A stretch of DNA of 64,000 nucleotides. Origin: a virus. Its lineage: Duplodnaviria > Caudoviricetes. Positions 9,483 through 17,427 of this stretch are shown here, piece after piece (positions within the stretch are counted from its first letter, which is position 1; each line of letters starts with the position of its first letter). The notes beneath the pieces are model-generated. The model was not told where the DNA came from and searched no databases. It saw nothing but the letters and a program-made list of their open reading frames with translations. Both the position numbers and the translations under genes were made by a program. The stretch is taken from the IMG/VR virus record IMGVR_UViG_3300031555_010338, one strand, 5' to 3'.

Positions 9483-10222
9483 AGAAGATAGCTGGTGTTT
9501 TAGCCTTACTCCTAATTTGGCAAGTAGGATCGACGATGACAACCCCATTGTTCGTTCCCTCTCCAATGTCAGTGCTTGAAGCACTTGTAGGACTGGTTGA
9601 AACAGGACAGTTGCTTCCAGGGTTGGCTTACTCTTTCTCCAGAATCACTATCGCAGCACTACTTTCCATGTCCGTAGCCGTTCCTCTGGCTTTGTTGGTA
9701 TGTGCATTCAAGCCAATCAAGGACATGGTTCACCCTGTCGTATCTGCTATGCGATACATTCCAGTTACCGCATTTTCTCCACTGCTTATTTTGTGGTTTG
9801 GAATCGATGAGACAATGAAGATCTCCTTCCTTTTTCTGGCGACCTTTGTTTATCTGCTTCCATCAACAATTATGTGTCTGGAAGATGTGCCGCAAGACCT
9901 AATTGATACCGGCAAGTCCATCGGAATGCGTTCTCACGAAATCATTTCGGAAATCCTACTTCCCGCAGCTCTACCGTCAATTATGAACTCATTTCTCATG
10001 ATGTATGGTATTGGCTGGACGTATGTAGCAGTGATTGAAGCTGTTAATGCTAAGTTTGGCCTGGGCTTCATTATCAATGTGGGAGCTGCGAGAGGGAAAA
10101 CGGCTATCGTATTCGCCTCAATTCTGGTGATCGTCATTTTCAGCTATCTATTCGATTGCGTTGGAAAGAAACTGATCCGTCGAGCGTTTAGATGGAGGTA
10201 TTTGAATGATAACCTTGAATGA
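9479..10222 (+). CDS. ABC transporter permease (SsuC/TauC-like)
   Basis: Multiple TM helices, EAA-like loop, LPAALPSI, GLGFII. Confidence 0.9.
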   Translation: MKKIAGVLALLLIWQVGSTMTTPLFVPSPMSVLEALVGLVETGQLLPGLAYSFSRITIAALLSMSVAVPLALLVCAFKPIKDMVHPVVSAMRYIPVTAFSPLLILWFGIDETMKISFLFLATFVYLLPSTIMCLEDVPQDLIDTGKSIGMRSHEIISEILLPAALPSIMNSFLMMYGIGWTYVAVIEAVNAKFGLGFIINVGAARGKTAIVFASILVIVIFSYLFDCVGKKLIRRAFRWRYLNDNLE

Positions 10223-10790
10223 TCTTGTGGTTGGGTACGATAAGCCACTTATGAAACCCATCAACTTCACATTTGAAGACGGCAAGATATACGGAATTTT
10301 GGGCAAGTCTGGTTGTGGCAAAAGCACACTGCTGAAAACAATCGCAAAGCTGCATAAGCCGATTTCCGGTAGTGTTAAGCGCGATGGTAGTAAGCAAATC
10401 TACATGATGCACCAGCGATACACCAATTTTAATTGGCTGAATTGCTTGGATAATGTGCTGATTGCAGAACGCAACCGCCGTAAGCGCAAAGAGCTTATTC
10501 CAGTAGCAAAGACCATTTTGGAACAAGTTGGTCTTGGAGAATATCTTGACCGTTATCCCACCGAGCTTTCCGGTGGAATGCAGCAGAGATTGGCGTTAGC
10601 GCGTGTGTTATTCGTCAAGCCCTCTTGTCTGCTAATGGATGAACCATTATCAGCTCTGGATGATACGACAAGATCAAAAATGCAGAAGCTGATTATGGAT
10701 ATACACAAAGAAACCAACAGCACCATAATCATGGTCACACATAGCGAAGAAGAAGCAAAGAAAATGTGCGACCACATCTTGAAACTTTAA
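10206..10790 (+). CDS. ABC transporter ATP-binding protein (SsuB/TauB-like)
   Basis: GKSGCGKS, LSGGMQQR, LLMDEP, VTH. Confidence 0.95.
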   Translation: MITLNDLVVGYDKPLMKPINFTFEDGKIYGILGKSGCGKSTLLKTIAKLHKPISGSVKRDGSKQIYMMHQRYTNFNWLNCLDNVLIAERNRRKRKELIPVAKTILEQVGLGEYLDRYPTELSGGMQQRLALARVLFVKPSCLLMDEPLSALDDTTRSKMQKLIMDIHKETNSTIIMVTHSEEEAKKMCDHILKL

Positions 10791-10806
10791 GGGAGGTTTT
10801 TACATT

Positions 10807-11340
10807 ATGAGTTGGTTGGAAAAGATTGGCCTCGTCGAGCGTGATGCGGCTGAAACCCCGCTGGCAGTTGAAGAGCTGCCTACAGAATCCGAGATTCTGG
10901 TTGATGCGGAAATTGCGTCCACGGATAACATCGTGGATGAGATTTACGGTCAGAACGAGCTTTCTGACAAAAGCAATTCTATCTACACTGTCCAGGCATT
11001 GATTGCCACTCTCCCCGCCGAGATGACCACTGCTAAGAAGCAGGCCACCGTTGCCGGTATTCTCGCTGTGTCTGGCAAGACCATCTCCGCACTGCTGGAA
11101 GATGCAGAAAAGCGTCTGGAAGTTCTGAGTGCAGCGCAAAACAAGATCGTTGCTGAGCGCACTGCCGAGATCGAGACTGCGAATGCTGATATCGAAACGC
11201 TGAAAGGCGCTATTGAGGCTGCGAATATCAAGATTAAAGAGGGCGAGGATATTATCGCAGCAACAAAAAAGTCCGTAGAGGACGAGGCAACCGTAATTTC
11301 TGATCTGGTTGAGTTCTGTAACGGAATGGAGGGCAAGTAA
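10807..11340 (+). CDS. Coiled-coil hypothetical protein
   Basis: GGGAGG RBS; helical, Ala/Glu-rich. Confidence 0.7.
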   Translation: MSWLEKIGLVERDAAETPLAVEELPTESEILVDAEIASTDNIVDEIYGQNELSDKSNSIYTVQALIATLPAEMTTAKKQATVAGILAVSGKTISALLEDAEKRLEVLSAAQNKIVAERTAEIETANADIETLKGAIEAANIKIKEGEDIIAATKKSVEDEATVISDLVEFCNGMEGK

Positions 11341-12083
11341 TGAAGTTCGTTGTAGGTGCAATTATCGTAGTTGTTCTTCTGGCGCTCATCATTTTCCCCG
11401 AATTTCGTAAGAAGCTGAAAGTCCTGGTCGGCGGTTTTCTGAATGTCTTTGTCGAGGATGCTGCCAAGACTCCTGAGGGTGCAAACGCCGTTTTCAATCA
11501 GGCTATCGAAGAAATGCAGGACAAATACAACCGTGCCGCAAATACTCTGAATAAGCTGTCTGGTGAGCTGAAACATGCCGAAGCAGCGGTTGACAGCATT
11601 ACCAAGGAGATCAAAGAGGTGGAGGCAACCTGCGAACGACTGGTAAAGGCTGGTCAGTTGAACGATGCCGAGGTTTATGCTTCCCGCCGTGCCGAGCTTA
11701 TTACCGAGCTTGAGCAGAAGAAAGAGTGTATTGTTCGCCTGAAGCCTATGGTTGCGGATGCGACCCAGATCTATGACACTCTTGGCAAGAAGCTCCGTGA
11801 GCTGAAGCGCAACAAGAAGGAAACCGTTGAGAAGCTGAAGATGAACGGTCAGTTGAAGGATCTGCTGGGTGATCTGGATGAGCTGAAAAAGGATACCGCA
11901 ACGGCCAAGATGCTGGATGCTGTCATGGATGGCTCTAAGGATCTCCAGAAAGAGGTCGATGGCGCTCGTGTTGTTCACGAGAACCGCGCATCTACCAAGA
12001 TTGCTCGTGCGGAGCAAAAGGCCGCTCAGTTGAAGAGCGACGAATACCTTGAATCTCTCAAGAAGAAGTACGGAGGAAAGTAA
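11340..12083 (+). CDS. PspA/IM30-like coiled-coil protein with N-terminal TM
   Basis: TM helix, then long heptads with a PspA-like pattern ending LESLKKKY. Confidence 0.6.
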   Translation: MKFVVGAIIVVVLLALIIFPEFRKKLKVLVGGFLNVFVEDAAKTPEGANAVFNQAIEEMQDKYNRAANTLNKLSGELKHAEAAVDSITKEIKEVEATCERLVKAGQLNDAEVYASRRAELITELEQKKECIVRLKPMVADATQIYDTLGKKLRELKRNKKETVEKLKMNGQLKDLLGDLDELKKDTATAKMLDAVMDGSKDLQKEVDGARVVHENRASTKIARAEQKAAQLKSDEYLESLKKKYGGK

Positions 12084-12085
12084 AG

Positions 12086-13672
12086 ATGAAACTGAGACTT
12101 ACTAAGGCCGGTCGTGCCGTCCTGTTCATTGCCATTATCGTTGTGTTGGGTGTGGGTGGCTTCTTTGGCTATCAGCATTTCGCCGGTGACGGCGCAAGCC
12201 TGATCGACCAGTTCCAGAGCGATAAGCTTCCCAGCAACGATACAAATGCTGGTGTTACCGACACCGCAAAGCCCAATAATAACACCGCTCAGAATATCGA
12301 CACCAATGACACCACCATCAATCTGTCTCTGGACGAGTGGATTGGTTGGAAGCCCATTATTGATGCCAATCAGGGCTTGACTACCCAGCCTGGTTCTATC
12401 TTTGATAAGCTTGGTCTGAAGGTCAATATCAATATTATCAACGATGCAGATGCTTCCAGCAATGCTCTGATTAAGGGTGATCTGAATGCAGCCGGCTATA
12501 CGCTTAACCGTACCGCATTCCTTTCTGGTAAGTTCAGTGATGCCGGCCTGGATGTTGTGATGCCCGTGTTCACCAATTACTCTGATGGCGGCGATGGCAT
12601 TATCGCTCTGAGCAAGTACAACACCATTGAGAGCCTTGTTGATGCCAAGATCGGTGTACCCAAGTTCAGTGAGGCACAGTCCCTTGTTATCTGGTTTGTG
12701 AATAAGTCCGATCTGCCCGATGCAGATAAGCAGAAGATTATCGACAATCTGATCCTGCTGGACGATGCTGAGCAGACCGGCCAGGCATTCTTCGCAGGCA
12801 GTCTGGACGTTGCTGCAACTTGGCAGCCCTACTTGTCCAACGCAGAGAATAGCACCAATTCCCACATTCTGTTCGATACCACTTCCTCTAACAAGCTGAT
12901 TATGGACGGCATTTTGTTCCGCTCCGATTTTGCACAGGCACATCCCGACATGATTTCCGCCTTTATCGATGGCATTTTCCAGGCCGAGGATATGTACGAA
13001 ACCGAGTTTAAGTATATCCGTAAGGTAATGCCTATGTTCGCTGACTCTTCTGATGAAGACATTCTGAGCATGTGCGGTGACGCTGGCCTGATGGGTTATA
13101 CCGAGAATGTAAACGCTCTGGAAAACGACTGCCCCACCGTGTATGCAGACATGTGTGCAATCTGGGAGAGCATTGGCGAGACTGTTGACAGAACTCTTGG
13201 TGCAACTCTGTTTGACACCAGCTATGTAAAGACCCTTTCCAATAACTATTCTTCTCTGCCCCAGCAGTCTACCTTTGAGATTACCGAAGAGCAGAAGGAA
13301 AGTATCAAGGATGTTGCTGCTCTTCTGACCAAGAGCGCCACCATCAACTTTATCCCCGATACTGCGAAGTTCCTGGATAATGCAGAGGCTGATGCTGTTC
13401 TGAGCGAGTTCGTTGAGATGGCTAAGACTCTGGATGGTACTATCATCCAGATCGAGGGCAATATCAACTCCAACAGCAACACCGAGGGCGGTATGAAGCT
13501 GTCCGAGGAACGCGCAAAGACCGTTAAGAACTACTTTGTGGCAAACGGCATTGATCCCAACCGCATTATCGTAGTCGGTAACGGCAATACAAAGATGGTC
13601 GCTGATCCCAATGGCCCCAATGCGGAGCAGAACCGAAGAACCGATATCTTCTTCAAGACGATTGAAAACTAA
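12086..13672 (+). CDS. NMT1/THI5-type substrate-binding protein fused to an OmpA/MotB-like peptidoglycan-binding domain
   Basis: N-terminal TM; EWIGW, SDGGDGI, AATWQPY; LSEERAKTV...NRRTDI. Confidence 0.8.
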   Translation: MKLRLTKAGRAVLFIAIIVVLGVGGFFGYQHFAGDGASLIDQFQSDKLPSNDTNAGVTDTAKPNNNTAQNIDTNDTTINLSLDEWIGWKPIIDANQGLTTQPGSIFDKLGLKVNINIINDADASSNALIKGDLNAAGYTLNRTAFLSGKFSDAGLDVVMPVFTNYSDGGDGIIALSKYNTIESLVDAKIGVPKFSEAQSLVIWFVNKSDLPDADKQKIIDNLILLDDAEQTGQAFFAGSLDVAATWQPYLSNAENSTNSHILFDTTSSNKLIMDGILFRSDFAQAHPDMISAFIDGIFQAEDMYETEFKYIRKVMPMFADSSDEDILSMCGDAGLMGYTENVNALENDCPTVYADMCAIWESIGETVDRTLGATLFDTSYVKTLSNNYSSLPQQSTFEITEEQKESIKDVAALLTKSATINFIPDTAKFLDNAEADAVLSEFVEMAKTLDGTIIQIEGNINSNSNTEGGMKLSEERAKTVKNYFVANGIDPNRIIVVGNGNTKMVADPNGPNAEQNRRTDIFFKTIEN

Positions 13673-13697
13673 CATAGCCTAAACAGGCATGGAAGTA

Positions 13698-13758
13698 ACG
13701 GCACTTACAGCAACTTTACTACACATAATTTGGGTTTATGATCGTGAAAATGTGCCGT
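13698..13758 (+). ncRNA. ACAGCAA-motif RNA unit 1, displaying a Pro(UGG) anticodon stem-loop
   Basis: ACGGCAC/GTGCCGT closing stem; ACAGCAA 13707-13713; CATAA-TTTGGGT-TTATG. Confidence 0.55.
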
Positions 13759-13779
13759 GTTGGAATACGAAATATAATA

Positions 13780-13836
13780 AAGGCGCTAACAGCAATGTTA
13801 CAAAACATGGACTTGAAATCTATTCAAATGCGCCTT
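13780..13836 (+). ncRNA. ACAGCAA-motif RNA unit 2, displaying a Ser(UGA) anticodon stem-loop
   Basis: AAGGCGC/GCGCCTT stem; ACAGCAA 13789-13795; ATGGA-CTTGAAA-TCTAT. Confidence 0.55.
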
Positions 13837-13847
13837 GCAAAGAAAAT

Positions 13848-13940
13848 GGAGCAGTAAGCCTAACTGGTAAGATAGTCGCCTGCTAAGCGACGAGTAGCCG
13901 CGTAAGCGGTGTGCAGGTTCGAGTCCTGTCTGCTCCGCCA
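13848..13940 (+). tRNA. tRNA-Ser(GCT)
   Basis: GGAGCAG/CTGCTCC acceptor; GTCGC-CTGCTAA-GCGAC; long variable arm; GGTTCGAGTCC; G-CCA end; weak D stem. Confidence 0.85.
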
Positions 13941-13944
13941 TCAA

Positions 13945-14110
13945 GAGCAAGTAGGCAAAGAGAAAGCCTATTCATATCGACGAGCAATAACTGTAACACC
14001 TCCCTTTACTCACCATACATCCCCCTCCCTATCTCCTTTGTTCCCTGCTTCGTCGCATGAATACAAAATAGATTCGTCTATTGCATAGGAGCGTTGCCTA
14101 TGCCTTGCTC
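13945..14110 (+). ncRNA. Structured RNA with a C/U-rich loop carrying anti-Shine-Dalgarno-like sequences
   Basis: GAGCAAG/CTTGCTC closing stem with four internal helices; loop contains CACCTCCCTTT, CCCCCTCCCT and ATCTCCTTT. Confidence 0.5.
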
Positions 14111-14123
14111 GATAAAAAAATCT

Positions 14124-14210
14124 GCTGGTGTGGTGGAATTGGCAGACACATCGGACTTAAGTTCCGATGCTCGTAAGGGCGTGTGGGTTCAAGTCCCACC
14201 GCCAGCACCA
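14124..14210 (+). tRNA. tRNA-Leu(TAA)
   Basis: GCTGGTG/CGCCAGC acceptor; TCGGA-CTTAAGT-TCCGA; variable arm; A-CCA end. Confidence 0.92.
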
Positions 14211-14215
14211 AACAC

Positions 14216-14329
14216 GGGAGCGTCTGGGCGGCAGCTTTTTACAGTGTATAGGACGGCGGACACTTACAGCAACTTTACAAAAAGAGTTATGGAAAAACTT
14301 AGCTTGCGGTTCGATTCCGCAGCTCCCCA
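14216..14329 (+). ncRNA. tRNA-like unit 3 (GGA anticodon) with ACAGCAA insertion
   Basis: GGGAGC/GCTCCC acceptor; T arm TGCGG-TTCGATT-CCGCA; GAGTT-ATGGAAA-AACTT; AGTGT/ACACT hairpin + ACAGCAA 14266-14272. Confidence 0.55.
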
Positions 14330-14396
14330 AAGCCGTTAATTTTCTTCAAAGTCCGGTTAATTTTATTGGCAGTCGATGATAAGACATAATAGACAT

Positions 14397-14512
14397 GCGG
14401 AAGTAGCTCAGTCGGTAGAGCAACAGTAAAAAAAATGTGTCGTGTATATGACGCACACAGCAATTTCAAATATGGGAACTGCGTGTCGGAGGTTCGAGTC
14501 CTCCCTTCCGCG
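14397..14512 (+). ncRNA. tRNA-like unit 4 (anticodon uncertain, possibly TGG) with ACAGCAA insertion
   Basis: GCGGAAG/CTTCCGC acceptor; canonical D and T arms; TGTGTCGT/ATGACGCA hairpin + ACAGCAA 14457-14463 in the anticodon region. Confidence 0.65.
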
Positions 14513-14519
14513 CGAATAT

Positions 14520-14636
14520 GCCAGGGTAGCTCAGTTGGATAGAGCGCGTAAATAACGCGACTTGTACAAGACGCTAACAGCAATTTCTTTTGGTCTGTTA
14601 AACCCGTGGTCGTGGGTTCGAGTCCCACCCCTGGCG
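14520..14636 (+). ncRNA. tRNA-Asn(GTT)-like unit 5 with ACAGCAA insertion in the anticodon stem
   Basis: GCCAGGG/CCCTGGC acceptor; G73; CG[insert]GGT-CTGTTAA-ACCCG; ACAGCAA 14577-14583. Confidence 0.7.
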
Positions 14637-14643
14637 CATTTAT

Positions 14644-14760
14644 ACGGTGGTCGTCAAGTGGTAAGACAGCGGCCATATAAAATGTGACCGTAAGGCTCAC
14701 TAACAGCAAAGTTATGAAGCCAAGCCGCCACCGCAGGTTCGATTCCTGCCCACCGTTCCA
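14644..14760 (+). ncRNA. tRNA-Gly(GCC)-like unit 6 with ACAGCAA insertion in the anticodon loop
   Basis: ACGGTGG/CCACCGT acceptor; T73-CCA; GCGGC[insert]GCCAA-GCCGC; ACAGCAA 14703-14709. Confidence 0.7.
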
Positions 14761-14985
14761 CGGGGATAAGCTGACTTCGCCATTCAAACAGCCCCTTATT
14801 AAACTGGTAGAAATGGCCTCTGGTACAGCAGAAGTAAAGAGGTATAGCCGGCGATGAGTCGTAGTAACCGGCGAGGTTAAGAGCTGACGCATGGGAACTG
14901 TAACTCCCTGGGCATCGTGAAAAGTCATCCACGGCCACACGGATGGTACGATGTACCGCTCCTGCATAGGTGCGCATATGCAAAT

Positions 14986-15070
14986 CGAGACACTTACAGC
15001 AACATTAAAGGTTAAAGTAGTTGGTAGCATTGCCGATGCGAGAAGGTTCAAGTCCTTCACTCGTGTCTCG
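14986..15070 (+). ncRNA. ACAGCAA-motif unit 7 enclosing D-loop-like and T-arm elements
   Basis: CGAGACAC/GTGTCTCG stem; ACAGCAA 14996-15002; AGTTGGTA; GAAGG-TTCAAGT-CCTTC. Confidence 0.55.
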
Positions 15071-15082
15071 TAAACCTCCTTT

Positions 15083-15188
15083 AAGACACCTGCAGCAAAT
15101 AACAATGGGAGTCGTTTTAATTGGTAAAGACGGCTGGATACCAGTCATGCGGGTTCGAGTCCCGTCTTCTATTAAAATGGCGTGTCTT
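15083..15188 (+). ncRNA. GCAGCAA-motif unit 8 enclosing a tRNA mimic with a 3-nt anticodon loop
   Basis: AAGACAC/GTGTCTT stem; AATGGGAG/CTTCTATT acceptor-like helix; D arm; GCTGG-ATA-CCAGT; GCGGG-TTCGAGT-CCCGT. Confidence 0.6.
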
Positions 15189-15245
15189 GGGGAATCGCGT
15201 TTCTTTTATTGGAATTAGCAAAACAATTTAAGGAGGAACTAAGAA

Positions 15246-16763
15246 ATGAGCAATTTTATGTCTGCGGTCAAGAACACTCTGAACAATGAGTGTAACTACT
15301 CCATGACGGAGAATGGTGCGCTGGGCTATCGCACCACCGGCAAGGAGCTGTTGGATCTCAACTTTGCGGTTGCTTCTCTGCGCCGCGCAACTCCCAGCGA
15401 AATCGCAAACCGATTTACAAAGGCTTTCTTTGAGGACAAGATCGTTGCGATGAAGTGGCTGTTCTTCGCCCGTGATGTTCGTGGTGGCCTGGGTGAGCGC
15501 CGCCTGTTCAGAACCATCCTGTCTAATATGGCTCACACAAACCCCGAATACATCGTACCTCTGCTGGAACTCGTTCCTGAGTATGGCCGCTACGATGATC
15601 TGTGGTGTCTGCTCGATACCGAGCTGCAGAAGGATGTTCTGGATGTGATTTCCAAGCAGCTTACCGAAGACATCCAGAACTTGAAGGAAGGCAAGGGTAT
15701 TTCCCTGCTGGCAAAATGGCTTCCTTCTCCCAATGCTTCTTCTAAGACTACCAAGCGGTATGCCAAGAAGATTTACAAGCACATGGGCGTTTCTGAGCGA
15801 GACTACCGCAAGGCAATCTCTCGTCTGCGTACCAAGCTGGATGTCGTCGAGAAGAAGATGTCCGCTAAGCATTGGGGTGATATCGCATATGAGGCTGTCC
15901 CCTCTCGTGCCAACCTGATCTACAACTCCGCTTTCCTTCGTAACGACGAAGAGCGCCGCCGTAACTTCCTCTCCAAGCTGGAAAAGGGCGAAGCAAAGAT
16001 CAACGCATCCACCCTGTTCCCTCACGACATTGTACATCAGTATGGCCGAAAGAGTAGTGCTGATGCTACTTTGGAAGCTCTGTGGAAGGCTCTGCCTGAC
16101 ACCGTTCAGGGCTGCGGCAACACTATTGTTGTGGCAGACGGTAGTGGTAGCATGAGCGTCCGCGTTGGTGGAACTGATGTTTCTGCTCTGGAAGTTGCTA
16201 ATGCACTGGCAATTTACTTTGCCGAGCGTTCTTCCGGTCAGTTCAAGGATAACTACATTACCTTCTCTGAGCGTCCTAAGCTCGTCAATCTGAGCAATGG
16301 AAAGAACCTGCGTGAGAAGATCCAGATCGCTCGTCGCCATAGCGAGGTAGCAAACACCAATATCGAAGCTGTCTTCGATCTGATTTTGACTACCGCAAAG
16401 CGCGAGAATATGGCGCAGGAGGATATTCCTCAGAACATCCTTATCATCTCTGACATGGAGTTTGATGGCTGCGCGGTTTGCACTACGAACCGTCGTCCTG
16501 ATGCCCGTCTGTTCCAGGTGATTGCCAAGCGTTACGAAGACGCTGGCTATAAGCTGCCCCGCCTGGTGTTCTGGAATGTGAATAGCAGAAGTGCTACCAT
16601 TCCCGTTATCGAAAACGACATGGGTGTTGCGCTGGTAAGCGGCTTCAGCACCAATATCGTCAAGATGGTCATGAGCGGCAAGACCGATCCCTATGAGTGC
16701 TTGCTGGAAACTCTGAACACCGAGCGTTATGCACCGATTGGTGAGGCTCTGAAGAGTCTGTAA
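15246..16763 (+). CDS. DUF2828-family protein (TROVE/Ro60-like helical domain + vWA)
   Basis: TENGA, RDVRGGLGER, EYGRYDDL, LAKWLPS, vWA DGSGSM, ISDMEFD, VFWNV, LVSGFS. Confidence 0.85.
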   Translation: MSNFMSAVKNTLNNECNYSMTENGALGYRTTGKELLDLNFAVASLRRATPSEIANRFTKAFFEDKIVAMKWLFFARDVRGGLGERRLFRTILSNMAHTNPEYIVPLLELVPEYGRYDDLWCLLDTELQKDVLDVISKQLTEDIQNLKEGKGISLLAKWLPSPNASSKTTKRYAKKIYKHMGVSERDYRKAISRLRTKLDVVEKKMSAKHWGDIAYEAVPSRANLIYNSAFLRNDEERRRNFLSKLEKGEAKINASTLFPHDIVHQYGRKSSADATLEALWKALPDTVQGCGNTIVVADGSGSMSVRVGGTDVSALEVANALAIYFAERSSGQFKDNYITFSERPKLVNLSNGKNLREKIQIARRHSEVANTNIEAVFDLILTTAKRENMAQEDIPQNILIISDMEFDGCAVCTTNRRPDARLFQVIAKRYEDAGYKLPRLVFWNVNSRSATIPVIENDMGVALVSGFSTNIVKMVMSGKTDPYECLLETLNTERYAPIGEALKSL

Positions 16764-16770
16764 TCGCAAT

Positions 16771-16801
16771 GGGGCGGCGGATAGTTACCGCCGCCTCTTT
16801 T
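16771..16801 (+). terminator. Rho-independent terminator
   Basis: GGCGGCGG-atagtta-CCGCCGCC followed by TCTTTT. Confidence 0.75.
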
Positions 16802-16822
16802 CACATATTAGGAGGAAACCAC

Positions 16823-17104
16823 ATGGATCTCGTAACGAAGTACATCATGACTCATTCCACCGGAAGCAAACGTCCGATTAGCGGAGCAGAAATTGCAAGA
16901 GCGTTTTGTATATCTGGCGTTGCAGTAAGGCGGCTTATCAATGCTGCCAGAACCAATGGCGATCCTATTTGCTCAAATGGCAAGGGTTATTATATTGCCA
17001 AGGACAAAGAAGAACTTCGCCGTACCATTGAATCCATGCAAGGCAGAATTAACATGATGAGTGATGCTGTCGCTGGTATGGAAAAGTGTCTGCGAGGTGC
17101 GTAA
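16823..17104 (+). CDS. Winged-HTH DNA-binding protein
   Basis: ISGAEIARAF...VRRLINAAR...PICSNGKGYY; AGGAGG RBS. Confidence 0.75.
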   Translation: MDLVTKYIMTHSTGSKRPISGAEIARAFCISGVAVRRLINAARTNGDPICSNGKGYYIAKDKEELRRTIESMQGRINMMSDAVAGMEKCLRGA

Positions 17105-17427
17105 TGAGCAATGTGGTAATGACAAACCATAGTATCCAGCGCACAAAAGAGCGTGTTGGTTTGAGTAAGAAAATCGCAGACAAGAACGCTCAAAAGGCTT
17201 TGGAGTGCGGAATTACACATTCCGAGTGCAAGGCTGGCCTGCGCCGATACCTTGATAAACTGTACCTCTCGAATGGCAATGCGAACAATGTGCGGATATA
17301 TCACCGCTTTGTATATATGTTCCGAGATAACAAATTGCTTACGATCCTCCCGCTACCTCGTAAGTTTTATGACTTGGCTGATAAACTTCAGCAACAAAAG
17401 GCTGGTGAAAAACGTGAAGACGGCTGA
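17104..17427 (+). CDS. Hypothetical protein
   Basis: TNHSIQRTKER motif; translational coupling. Confidence 0.6.
   Translation: MSNVVMTNHSIQRTKERVGLSKKIADKNAQKALECGITHSECKAGLRRYLDKLYLSNGNANNVRIYHRFVYMFRDNKLLTILPLPRKFYDLADKLQQQKAGEKREDG

Noticed and set aside
14397-14760. Insertions read as tRNA introns (group I or BHB)
   Set aside because: They are only about 45 nt with no group I core, and they insert at different positions. Clean excision gives no U33 in the Gly-like unit or unit 4. The same motif also occurs in permuted form outside tRNA bodies.
14840-14930. Hammerhead ribozyme
   Set aside because: GATGAG and GAAA are present, but there is no CUGANGA core with matching stems.
13698-15188. 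CRISPR array
   Set aside because: The shared sequence is only about 7-12 nt, spacing is irregular, the intervening sequences are tRNA-like, and there is no cas operon.
14094-15218. ORFs called across the RNA island
   Set aside because: They overlap tRNA and tRNA-like structures and lack convincing RBSs or protein motifs.
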